Source: a virus
Lineage: Duplodnaviria; Caudoviricetes
Length of the DNA stretch: 43,553 bases
Strand: one strand, 5' to 3'
IMG/VR virus record: IMGVR_UViG_3300037467_000390
Span: 1-43,553 of that record
The stretch's first letter is position 1. Each line of letters starts with the position of its first letter. The notes under the pieces are model-generated. The model ran no database searches. It was not told the origin of the DNA and saw nothing but the letters and a program-made list of their open reading frames with translations. Positions 16,844-25,113 of this stretch are shown here, in pieces. Position numbers and translations under genes: made by a program.

Positions 16844-17173
16844 ATGAGTGGGCAGCACATCCCCGGCCCTTGGTTTTACGGCCAAGAGTCCGCCGATCCC
16901 GAATGGTACATTGTGACGATCAAGGGCGGCTTGATCGTGGCCAACGTGAACGCTCACCATCATCAAGAGGCCAACGCCCGCCTGATCGCCGCCGCGCCCG
17001 ATCTGCTGGAGGCGGCGACATTGCTAGAAAAGGCTGAAGAGGCTCACGCGAACTGCGACGAGTGTGGCGGGGAGGAAGTCCCGGAACTTTGTCCGAAATG
17101 CTTCCCGCTGTTCGACGACGCCCGTCTTAAGCGCCGCGCCGCCATCGCCAAAGCCGAAGGACGCGCCCCATGA
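16844..17173 (+). CDS. HIPGPW-motif phage protein with CxxC-CxxC insert
   Basis: AGGAGG RBS; HIPGPW...ANARLIAAAPDLLEA...AAIAKAEG. Confidence 0.8.
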   Translation: MSGQHIPGPWFYGQESADPEWYIVTIKGGLIVANVNAHHHQEANARLIAAAPDLLEAATLLEKAEEAHANCDECGGEEVPELCPKCFPLFDDARLKRRAAIAKAEGRAP

Positions 17174-17313
17174 CCACCTGGCAGGACGATGACCGGCTTC
17201 AATGCACCGACTGCAACGAGCGGTTCCGGTTTCTAAGCTCGCGTGGCGGCCGGTGCCCGATGTGCGGAAGCGCGCGGGTTGTCCCCTCCCCGCCCTCCAA
17301 GGAAGGGGAGTAG
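17170..17313 (+). CDS. Small zinc-ribbon protein (47 aa)
   Basis: Hand-translated MTTWQDDDRLQCTDCNERF...RCPMCGS; ATGA overlap. Confidence 0.6.
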   Translation: MTTWQDDDRLQCTDCNERFRFLSSRGGRCPMCGSARVVPSPPSKEGE

Positions 17314-17314
17314 G

Positions 17315-17746
17315 ATGGCAGACGACTACTGTTTCGGGCTGACTGCAACGCGCTACGGCATGACCGACGCACAGAAGGACGCGCTCCGTCTTTTCTTGGC
17401 GGGCAGCACCGGCAAGATCCATCACGGTCTATGCGTTGGCGGCGATACGGACGGTCATCATATTGCGCGCGATCTAGGATACTGGATCGTCGGACACCCT
17501 CCGACGAACGCCGCCCTCCGCGCCGATCTGCTTTGCGATGAAATGCGTACCGAGAAACCGTACCTAACGCGCAACAAAAACATTGTGGATGAGACTATAG
17601 CGCTAATCGCCGCCCCTGCGGAAATGGAAGAACAGCCGAGAGGCGGGACTTGGTCAACCGTGCGCTACGCACGAAGGCAAGGAAAGGCTGTTGTTTTGAT
17701 CCTTCCAGATGGCACGATAAATCAAACAAATCGAAACGCTAGATGA
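17315..17746 (+). CDS. SLOG-superfamily (DprA/Smf/YspA-like Rossmannoid) protein
   Basis: GLTATRYG, HHGLCVGGD, LTRNKNIVD, RGGTWSTVRYARRQGK. Confidence 0.75.
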   Translation: MADDYCFGLTATRYGMTDAQKDALRLFLAGSTGKIHHGLCVGGDTDGHHIARDLGYWIVGHPPTNAALRADLLCDEMRTEKPYLTRNKNIVDETIALIAAPAEMEEQPRGGTWSTVRYARRQGKAVVLILPDGTINQTNRNAR

Positions 17747-17786
17747 AGCACCCCCACCGATCCGGGCTAGGATGGAGAGAGATGGC

Positions 17787-17978
17787 ATGAGCGCCGTGAC
17801 GGAAACTGACTCGCTTCGCAACGAAGTCGCGCGGCTTCGAAAAGGAATCCAAGATTTCCTTGACGGGAACTACGAAAACCCGAGGCTGCACCGCCCCTCA
17901 AAATGCGGCCACGGGCGATTGTGGTTCGAAGGGTGCGATGAATGCGACGCCGCGCACTTCGAAAAACTGCTTGGATAA
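17787..17978 (+). CDS. Small Cys-rich hypothetical protein
   Basis: KCGHG...CDECD. Confidence 0.55.
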   Translation: MSAVTETDSLRNEVARLRKGIQDFLDGNYENPRLHRPSKCGHGRLWFEGCDECDAAHFEKLLG

Positions 17979-18056
17979 AATCACCAACAAGCCCCGCCTA
18001 GGCTTCGTTGCAGAGCATGGGTCAAGGGATGGGCCGGTTCAATCGGGAGGTTCGAA

Positions 18057-18266
18057 GTGACGGCTGAAATTATCGACCTTCAAAAGCGCAGGGCCAACAA
18101 GCAGATTGAGCGGGCATGTGATTTAACCGGGCTGTCACCGGATGAGGCCGCGCTGATCGCTGATCGCACACTCTCCCGCCATGTGAGCGGCCGCGCGGTG
18201 AAGGACTTCACCCGCGTATGCGAGCAAACCGGCCTGATCGATAAGCTGAGGAAGCCCTCGCCGTAG
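18057..18266 (+). CDS. Hypothetical protein
   Basis: GGAGG RBS; MTAEIIDL start typical of alphaproteobacterial small proteins. Confidence 0.6.
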   Translation: MTAEIIDLQKRRANKQIERACDLTGLSPDEAALIADRTLSRHVSGRAVKDFTRVCEQTGLIDKLRKPSP

Positions 18267-18390
18267 TGTTGAAAAATGCGCTTTGCAACAAAAGCGTATA
18301 TTTGCCGCAAAATCTCAACACCTAGCACGAGGAACCAAGGCCCTCCCTCGCACTTGAATCCGCGCTGTAAGCGTTGCGTGGAGCGTGCGT

Positions 18391-18696
18391 ATGTCGTGGT
18401 CAACGGCCCTCAAGAGCCCGGTTCCGCTGCCGGAAGGTGGCGATCTTAAGACGCTCCACGACGTCCGGGCCCACGTTCTCAGCCTGCCAGAGAAGGAACG
18501 CGAGGAAGAGGCTTGGCACACCGTTGCCGAGACGCTGTTGAGCGCAGCAAAGGAAGGTGGTCCATGGCTGGACTTCGCACGGATCGCCACCATGCAGGCG
18601 CTGTATAGGCACGTCGAGCCGAAATACGGACCGGGAAAAGCGGTCGGGCCCGAGATGAAGTTCCGGCGCAAGCGCAAGTTGGCGAGGGACCGATGA
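18391..18696 (+). CDS. Hypothetical protein (resembles Bradyrhizobiaceae small conserved proteins)
   Basis: MSWS...PVPLPEGGDLKTLHD...AW...FARIATMQAL. Confidence 0.7.
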   Translation: MSWSTALKSPVPLPEGGDLKTLHDVRAHVLSLPEKEREEEAWHTVAETLLSAAKEGGPWLDFARIATMQALYRHVEPKYGPGKAVGPEMKFRRKRKLARDR

Positions 18697-18884
18697 TCGC
18701 GAAGGGGAAGCCGCTCGGCTGGACGCCGAGGCGCGAAGAGGATCATTTCATGCGCTGCCCGGTGTGCCATAAATGGTTCGACATGCGCGACCTGAGAGAC
18801 GCATTCGAGCATTGGCACGATGGACCGGACGATGCGCCTGCACCAGAAAAAGCCGTGGCGAAAGAAGCCCGCAAGCTATCTTGA
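18693..18884 (+). CDS. Small zinc-finger protein
   Basis: HFMRCPVCHKWFDMRDL...EHWH. Confidence 0.65.
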   Translation: MIAKGKPLGWTPRREEDHFMRCPVCHKWFDMRDLRDAFEHWHDGPDDAPAPEKAVAKEARKLS

Positions 18885-19119
18885 GTACTGGCCGGGCAAG
18901 CCTGACCGGCGCGGCAAGGTGAAAACGATTCTGGTCTACTGTCTCGGCGGGCCCGGTCTAAAGTGCAGCCATCACGCGAAACTCAAGATTGCCGATCTGC
19001 CGGACTGGTCATGGTACGATATCAGCGCTCATTTGCGCTGCACGGAATGTGGGGCCGTTGGATATGTCACCACGCGACCGGACTGGCCGGCTGTACCGAT
19101 GGGCGTTAATGCCCGATGA
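18820..19119 (+). CDS. Zinc-ribbon hypothetical protein
   Basis: LVYC...CSHH...LRCTECGA...RPDW; start uncertain. Confidence 0.6.
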   Translation: MDRTMRLHQKKPWRKKPASYLEYWPGKPDRRGKVKTILVYCLGGPGLKCSHHAKLKIADLPDWSWYDISAHLRCTECGAVGYVTTRPDWPAVPMGVNAR

Positions 19120-19240
19120 TCAGCAACACCAGCTCCACTCCCCCGACCCACGGCACGAACTCATTCCCCCGGTCGCAGGCGTAGAGCCAGATGGCGAGGA
19201 TGATGAGGATTGCGCCGAGGGGTTGGGCGAGCCGGATCAC
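19106..19240 (-). CDS. Small two-helix membrane protein (44 aa), end of lysis cassette
   Basis: Hand-translated MIRLAQPLGAILIILAIWLYACDRG...VELVLLIIGH; GTG overlaps the upstream stop. Confidence 0.4.
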   Translation of the reverse strand: MIRLAQPLGAILIILAIWLYACDRGNEFVPWVGGVELVLLIIGH

Positions 19241-19506
19241 CTCGTCAGTTCCCGCTTGTCGCCGATCTCGCGGTAAATCCAGCGGTCGAAAAACCGGAAT
19301 CGTTCAATCGTCTTGAGCCAGACGACGCGCCCGCCTTTCTGCACTGTCGGGATAGGTTTACCGCCCTGCAATCGAACCGGATGCCACGCAAAACATGGAT
19401 GAGGGAATCCGTCGTAGTCTGCTTCATTCGGTTGCATGGCGAATCCACTGCCGAGCGCGCCACATATGATGAGCACGGCGATACTTCCAACGGCCCACTT
19501 CATCAT
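19237..19506 (-). CDS. Hypothetical membrane-anchored protein
   Basis: N-terminal hydrophobic helix; directly downstream of the lysis genes. Confidence 0.5.
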   Translation of the reverse strand: MMKWAVGSIAVLIICGALGSGFAMQPNEADYDGFPHPCFAWHPVRLQGGKPIPTVQKGGRVVWLKTIERFRFFDRWIYREIGDKRELTR

Positions 19507-19508
19507 GA

Positions 19509-19901
19509 TCAGTCCGACAGCTTGTCCATGCGCTCGGCAAACTTATCGAGGCGCTTTTCAATCCGGTCACCCAAGGTGTCGAGCGACTTTTCAAACCGAT
19601 CCATGGTGCTGGCGAAGCTGTCTCGGGTCACGAAATGGTCGCGCGTGAACACCTCGATTTCATGCAGTTTGGTCCGCAGTGCGTTGCCCATTTCGCCGGT
19701 CTGCTGCGTGAGAGTTTCGATCCTGCGCCCGGCGTCGGACTGCACATCCCTCATGTCGCGTTCCAGGTTCTCAACGTTGGCATTGGTGTGATCCATTACC
19801 GACTTTTCGACCCCGCTGATGTGCAAGGTGACCTTCACCACTGCGCCGATGATCGTGAAGAAAAGCATCGCCGCAGCGATATAGACCCCGTAATCCGCCA
19901 C
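19509..19901 (-). CDS. Membrane-anchored coiled-coil lysis-cassette protein
   Basis: One N-terminal TM helix followed by coiled coil; GAGGGGG RBS. Confidence 0.65.
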   Translation of the reverse strand: MADYGVYIAAAMLFFTIIGAVVKVTLHISGVEKSVMDHTNANVENLERDMRDVQSDAGRRIETLTQQTGEMGNALRTKLHEIEVFTRDHFVTRDSFASTMDRFEKSLDTLGDRIEKRLDKFAERMDKLSD

Positions 19902-19921
19902 TGGTCATGGCCCCCTCTTGG

Positions 19922-20359
19922 TCATTTACGCTCAACCCGGTTGAAGAACATCTGACCGATGGCAGCCACCGTACCGGCCCCGAAGATGCCGCCGATAATG
20001 ATCCCGGCCCACTCTCCAACGGTGCCCTTGATTGGCGGCGTGAACCCGTAGACGCCGTAGATCAGGAAGCAGGCGAAGTTGTCCCAAACGACAACTTTCC
20101 ACTCATAGATGATCCACGGCACCGCAAACCCGCCAACAATCACCATCAGGAATTTGCTTTGCGAAACGACGCGCAGGAACTCCACACGCGTCTGCCCTTC
20201 GGCCACGACGCCGGTTACGAGCTGCTTTGCCACTTCCTTGTCGCCGCCAACGCGCGCCGTGGTAATCTGCACCTTGGCGTCGTAGTATTTGGAGACGAAA
20301 TTGTTGATGCCGCCTAGAAGGGCCGGGATGGCCTGAAAGAATGCGAGAATCGCGGTCAC
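19922..20359 (-). CDS. Putative holin (multi-TM)
   Basis: Several hydrophobic segments and charged C-terminus; downstream of the endolysin. Confidence 0.65.
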   Translation of the reverse strand: MTAILAFFQAIPALLGGINNFVSKYYDAKVQITTARVGGDKEVAKQLVTGVVAEGQTRVEFLRVVSQSKFLMVIVGGFAVPWIIYEWKVVVWDNFACFLIYGVYGFTPPIKGTVGEWAGIIIGGIFGAGTVAAIGQMFFNRVERK

Positions 20360-20604
20360 AGCGGCGCGGCTCCCTGCCCATCAGCCGCCGTCTTGCTGCG
20401 AATGAAGGCAACGACGGCCTTGCAAACAGCGACGATGACAACGATGCGCCCGCCCCATTCCGTGCCGACGATGGGCGAGAAATCGACGCCGGACAGATAG
20501 GTCAGCAGATCGGGCACCATCGCCAGAAACCCGACCACAAGGCCGGTGATGACGGTGATCCAGTTATAGACCCATTTGAAAAACGACTTGATGCGATCGA
20601 TCAT
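20356..20604 (-). CDS. Putative holin/antiholin (2 TM)
   Basis: Two hydrophobic helices; ATGA-coupled to the endolysin stop. Confidence 0.65.
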   Translation of the reverse strand: MIDRIKSFFKWVYNWITVITGLVVGFLAMVPDLLTYLSGVDFSPIVGTEWGGRIVVIVAVCKAVVAFIRSKTAADGQGAAPL

Positions 20605-21308
20605 TTCGAACCTCGTTTGAACAGGCCGAGCACGGCCATGAAAAAAGCCGCCCAAGCGGACGGCGATTGATCGGTCTGTGTTGGAATAGGGCTAGGCGGC
20701 CCAGCCGTGGCCGCTGGTGAGTCCTTCCGCTTGGTCGGCGCACCTGCCGTCACGAACCTGATGCTGCCATCCAGCGCCATCAGCGCCTTGATCATCCCGG
20801 CGCAGCCAAGTTGCTTGTCCACAGCCGTCGTGTCGTAGACGCCATCCTTGACGTACTTGCCGGCAATGTATTGGTCGGTCCCTGCCCACAGGTACGGCGA
20901 CGGAACGCCCTTGGCGGCATAGCCCAGCCCGTTGTACTGTTCGAGCATCAGCAGCGCGCCGCCGACGCTCCAATCCTTGTTGCGGGCCGCGTAGGGAGCG
21001 CAATTGACCAGCGCGTCAATCGCCGCCTCTTCCCATGACTTGAACGGCCCTCGCCCTTTCGGGACGTGGGTCGAAACCCTATTCCACGGATCTCCCTGCG
21101 CGAGGCTGGCGGACCATAGCTGTGACGATTCCCGTTCATGGATCACGGCGATGACGAACCACGGCACGCCCGTCTTGGCCTCGACGGCCTGATAGCGCGA
21201 CTTCGCCGCCAACAGCCGTTCCGCCGCTGAACTGAATGGCCGCGTCAGTTTGGCCGCCGCCCATCGTTTCTCATTGGCGGCACGGAGATTGGCGAGGCTT
21301 ACGGCCAT
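20601..21308 (-). CDS. Endolysin, lysozyme-family protein (COG5526-like)
   Basis: TGVPWFVIAVIHERES, QGDPW, PKGRGPF, EQYNGLGY, PSPYLWAGT, GKYVKDG, DKQLGC. Confidence 0.88.
   Translation of the reverse strand: MAVSLANLRAANEKRWAAAKLTRPFSSAAERLLAAKSRYQAVEAKTGVPWFVIAVIHERESSQLWSASLAQGDPWNRVSTHVPKGRGPFKSWEEAAIDALVNCAPYAARNKDWSVGGALLMLEQYNGLGYAAKGVPSPYLWAGTDQYIAGKYVKDGVYDTTAVDKQLGCAGMIKALMALDGSIRFVTAGAPTKRKDSPAATAGPPSPIPTQTDQSPSAWAAFFMAVLGLFKRGSK
20641..20664 (-). terminator. Intrinsic-terminator-like structure inside the endolysin 3' end
   Basis: GCCGTCC-GCTT-GGGCGGC-TTTTTT on the minus strand. Confidence 0.55.
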
Positions 21309-21399
21309 AGGTTCTCGTCCTCTGAATTGGAGGTGGGGCGGGTTGCGTTCTAGCCAGTTGCAAGGCTAGGTTTAGCGCGCTTCGATAGGTGAGGAACAA

Positions 21400-22509
21400 A
21401 TGCGTAAATCGATCGGTATTTCGTTGGCGCTTGGCCTGTGCGGCGCCATGGTTTGTGGCGCTTTGATAGCAGGCGACGCGTCGCCCGATGATCTTCTGGC
21501 CGCCGAGCGGGTAAAAAATGCCGATCTTCTTAAACGGCTAGGCGATATCGACGTTTGGCTTTCCAAGGAGCGCAAACGCTACTTCGATTTGCTCGCATTC
21601 GCGCCGGGGCTAGGTGGTGCGGTCAAGTTAGCGGAGAACGGCATCCCTCCGATGGACAAGGCAAAAGCCTACAGCCCAACGGGGCAATATTTGAACTACG
21701 GAGACACCGTTTACAAAGATAGTACGCTAATCAAGATGGACCCGGCCGGATTGCCGACCGTCAAATACGGCGATAGCTACCACTACAACCCCGTGACCAT
21801 CGCGCAATTCGCGCTTGATGAATACTGCCGGGTTGGCGGCCCTTCCGACAAATTCGTTCCAGCAACCGATTATCTACTCGGGATGATGGGTGACGACGGA
21901 GCGTTCCGTTATGACTTTCCATTCGAGCGCTACGCGACTGGGGAGATGTACCAACCCGGCTGGATCTCTGGCATGGCGCAGGGACAAGCAGTCAGTGTTT
22001 TCGTCCGCGCCTATCACCTCACCAAGCAAAACAAGTATCTGGACGCCGCTCGCAAGGCGTTGAATTTCATGCTGCTATCTGCCGACAAAGGCGGACCCAT
22101 GACGACGCTCGAACGCTTCTCGCCAGAGCCTTCAAAACTGCCGTTCATCATGGAGTATCCGCAGTCGCCACCGGTCTACACGCTCAACGGCTATATGTTT
22201 TCCATGCTGGGGCTGTACGACTTCGCCGCTATTACCCATGACGCCACGACCGAAGAACTGGCTCAGCAGTCTTTGAACACTCTCAAGGTATTGCTCCCAT
22301 ATTACGATATGGGTTCAATCAGTGCATACGATCTTTCGTACATCACCATTCCGGTTGGCCGGAACGGGAAGCGATCTCGCCCCCATATCTCGCCAGAGTA
22401 CCATGCCGTTCATATCAGCCTGCTTTGGGCGCTCTATAAGCTCACCAACGATCCCACGCTCAAGGAAACGGCAGAGCGGTGGACTTCGTATTTCGATCAC
22501 AAATCTTAG
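21400..22509 (+). CDS. Exported D-glucuronyl C5-epimerase family protein (moron)
   Basis: N-terminal signal peptide/TM; YNPVTIAQFAL, WISGMAQGQAVSVFVRAY, EYP, LNGYMFSMLGLYD, YDMGSISAYDL, YHAVHI; GAGGA RBS. Confidence 0.9.
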   Translation: MRKSIGISLALGLCGAMVCGALIAGDASPDDLLAAERVKNADLLKRLGDIDVWLSKERKRYFDLLAFAPGLGGAVKLAENGIPPMDKAKAYSPTGQYLNYGDTVYKDSTLIKMDPAGLPTVKYGDSYHYNPVTIAQFALDEYCRVGGPSDKFVPATDYLLGMMGDDGAFRYDFPFERYATGEMYQPGWISGMAQGQAVSVFVRAYHLTKQNKYLDAARKALNFMLLSADKGGPMTTLERFSPEPSKLPFIMEYPQSPPVYTLNGYMFSMLGLYDFAAITHDATTEELAQQSLNTLKVLLPYYDMGSISAYDLSYITIPVGRNGKRSRPHISPEYHAVHISLLWALYKLTNDPTLKETAERWTSYFDHKS

Positions 22510-22515
22510 ATCGCC

Positions 22516-24765
22516 TCACATGGTTGCGATCCAATCGACCGGTAAACTACCTGTCCCGCCAAAGTTAGTAAGATCATAAGGCCGAGCAATTATTGTAAAG
22601 CCGGATGCTGAAATGGAATCTGCCTCAAGAATTGGCGGCTTCGCAACACTCCCAGGAACGGGCGTGCTTATACGTTGCAGCGTAATTCTAGGTGTCCCTG
22701 GGAAAAGCTTGAGTGGAATTGCCAGCGTTCCGTTGCCTGTTGCCGGCAACGACAATGTTGCTCGCCCACGCTGAACCATCAAGCCTGCCGCGTTTACCCC
22801 GGTCAATGTCCCTTCATAGTATGACAGATGCGCGCCATCTATCCCCACAAACGAGCATCTACCAATTTCGATGTCCAACCCTGACCTTCCGGCTTCGACA
22901 CGAATAGACATGACAGCGACATACGTATTGAGGCTGCCGTTTTCGAAATAGAATGTATTTTCTCCGATGTATCCACGGTTCGTATCGTCAGAGACGTAAA
23001 TGCACGACGGGACGGTATACGAAGAATCGTGAGGGTCGATGACGATATTGCCTGCGACATTGAATGCCACATTAGCGAGCCCGATTCTGATGCCGTTGCA
23101 GCACGGCGAACGTATCGTGTTACCTGTAACTACAACACCTTTTGTCCCTTGGATGATAACAGCGCCTGACAATCCGTTCGAGGCAATGCCAAATCTGATA
23201 ATAGTGTTTCCAGTAACAATGCAGCTTTCAGCCCATCCGTTAACAGAACTACCGTCGATAGCGCCAGATACGATGATTGCGGCCCCGACATAGCTAGTTG
23301 ACGAGAACACGTTGCCGCTGACAATGCACCTCTGCGGGCCAAGCGTAGGCACACCAGAAATATTAGCTCCGCCAACTGTTATGCCAACTTCACAGTTCTC
23401 GATTGTATTGTTTATAAATTCAAGATCGACGCCACCGTGAGTATTTAGACCCTGTGCATTATCGCCAGATACAGAAACGACGTTACGGATGGTGTTCGAA
23501 ATCGCCTTACACCGGTAGGAGCGCGGGTCTGACGTTTCTGTGGAGCCGGATTGTCTTGTAAATGCAACGCCATATGCGTCGGCCGTCCCCGGCGTCACGC
23601 CATCAATCAGATTGCCATGAACAAGAAGATCATTCGCGGATAGCCCAATGATGGCCGCATATCCAATGTTTGTGACACTGCACCCGGAAACCATGCCGAC
23701 ATTCGTATAATTGAACAGAATGCCGTACCCTGCCCATCCATTGATGATGCAGTCTCGAATAACAGGGCAAGAAACGTATGTCGGCGCGGACGGAGAATTA
23801 TTTGTGCCGTAGCACTGAATGGCGACGCCGTTATAGTTCAGTGCCGCATTTCCAGCGCCGGTAATCGTCGCACCTAAAATAGCGCCGCCATTGATAAACG
23901 AAAAGCCTGCAATATGCCCGGCTGATTTGAAATCGATCGTTGCGCCGTATGCGGAAATCTCCACGCGCGCCGGGACCGTCAACCCGCTATCACAGCGATA
24001 AATACCAGGAACAAACAGCGCGGGTCGCTTCAACGCACTCGCTACACTAATCGTCGCTTGTAGCGCTGTAGCGTTGTTGGTGCCTCCTCCATTTCCATTG
24101 CCGTCATTGACCGCGCCAAGCATTAATTGATCTATGACTTGCTCTGCAATCTCCCACCATGCGCCATCTAACGACTGCGCTTTCCCGGGATGCGACGGTT
24201 GGGAAGCAACGCGCTTATACATTGCGGCCCCAACGCCGACGGCGGAATAGCCACTAGTCCTGATATACTCTACTGGCGCCGGGATCGTTACACTTGCAAT
24301 GTCTGTTTTGAGCCTGAGCGGAATACCTTTGGCAAATACATCAAGCGAAATGACGTTCGTGTCATATACGGCTTTCGTCATATCGCCAGCGCCGGAAGGC
24401 GTATTCCATGTGCCGTCACCACGCAGGAACGTTCCTGAACTTGCGATCCCGGACGCATTGATATCCGCGATATCCGCCTTGTTCTTATATGCCAAAGAAC
24501 CAAGGGAGCCGGGTTGCACCGCACTATCCGCTTTAGTGCCTTGCGCCGCCGTCGCATAGTTACCGACATCTGTTGCTGCGGCGGTGCCAAGGGTCGGCTT
24601 ACCGAGAAGATCTGAATATAATCCAGTCGTCGCGACTGTTGAAAGTTCGAGTGCGTCGCGGTTAATGCCGAACGTGACGACGCCATTCGCCTCCGTCTTG
24701 GTTAGACCGCCGCTGACCTGAATGCGCTTCGGATATTTCGGCAGAAAGCGAGCATTAATTGTCAT
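22516..24765 (-). CDS. Tailspike/receptor-binding protein with right-handed parallel beta-helix (depolymerase-like)
   Basis: Virion-anchor N-terminus (ATAAQGTKADSAVQPG), NNATALQATI...FVPGIY, then many xxIxGNxI beta-helix repeats. Confidence 0.88.
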   Translation of the reverse strand: MTINARFLPKYPKRIQVSGGLTKTEANGVVTFGINRDALELSTVATTGLYSDLLGKPTLGTAAATDVGNYATAAQGTKADSAVQPGSLGSLAYKNKADIADINASGIASSGTFLRGDGTWNTPSGAGDMTKAVYDTNVISLDVFAKGIPLRLKTDIASVTIPAPVEYIRTSGYSAVGVGAAMYKRVASQPSHPGKAQSLDGAWWEIAEQVIDQLMLGAVNDGNGNGGGTNNATALQATISVASALKRPALFVPGIYRCDSGLTVPARVEISAYGATIDFKSAGHIAGFSFINGGAILGATITGAGNAALNYNGVAIQCYGTNNSPSAPTYVSCPVIRDCIINGWAGYGILFNYTNVGMVSGCSVTNIGYAAIIGLSANDLLVHGNLIDGVTPGTADAYGVAFTRQSGSTETSDPRSYRCKAISNTIRNVVSVSGDNAQGLNTHGGVDLEFINNTIENCEVGITVGGANISGVPTLGPQRCIVSGNVFSSTSYVGAAIIVSGAIDGSSVNGWAESCIVTGNTIIRFGIASNGLSGAVIIQGTKGVVVTGNTIRSPCCNGIRIGLANVAFNVAGNIVIDPHDSSYTVPSCIYVSDDTNRGYIGENTFYFENGSLNTYVAVMSIRVEAGRSGLDIEIGRCSFVGIDGAHLSYYEGTLTGVNAAGLMVQRGRATLSLPATGNGTLAIPLKLFPGTPRITLQRISTPVPGSVAKPPILEADSISASGFTIIARPYDLTNFGGTGSLPVDWIATM

Positions 24766-25103
24766 CGATCGATCCCACTTATGACAGGGAGTTGAGCTGC
24801 GACGGCCTGCAACGTCTCACCGTTCACGGTCACGAGGACGTTGAAGTCGTAGGTTTTGGCGCAGAGCGAGCCCATCTGCGTGGCGGTGAATGTGAAGGAG
24901 AAAACGCCGGTCGTACCGCCAAGGATGATTTGACCGGCCGATAGCTTCGCACTCAGGACCGCGCGACCGCACTCCGCGATTTCGACAACGATCTCAGTTG
25001 CCTCACTGATATCTAGCGGGCTGCCCTGCTCATCATCAAAACACTGAATGCTTTCGTCCCACGTTGCGCGGTTCGAAACTGGCGGTAGCGTGTCTGTATA
25101 CAT
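24762..25103 (-). CDS. Tail accessory/adaptor protein (BppU-like Ig fold)
   Basis: PLDISEAT...GVFSFTFTATQM...YDF pattern; located between the fibre and spike genes. Confidence 0.6.
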   Translation of the reverse strand: MYTDTLPPVSNRATWDESIQCFDDEQGSPLDISEATEIVVEIAECGRAVLSAKLSAGQIILGGTTGVFSFTFTATQMGSLCAKTYDFNVLVTVNGETLQAVAAQLPVISGIDR

Positions 25104-25113
25104 GCCGCCGCCC

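Noticed and set aside
18037-18053. Alphaproteobacterial LexA box
   Set aside because: The spacing is GTTC-N9-GTTC rather than N7.
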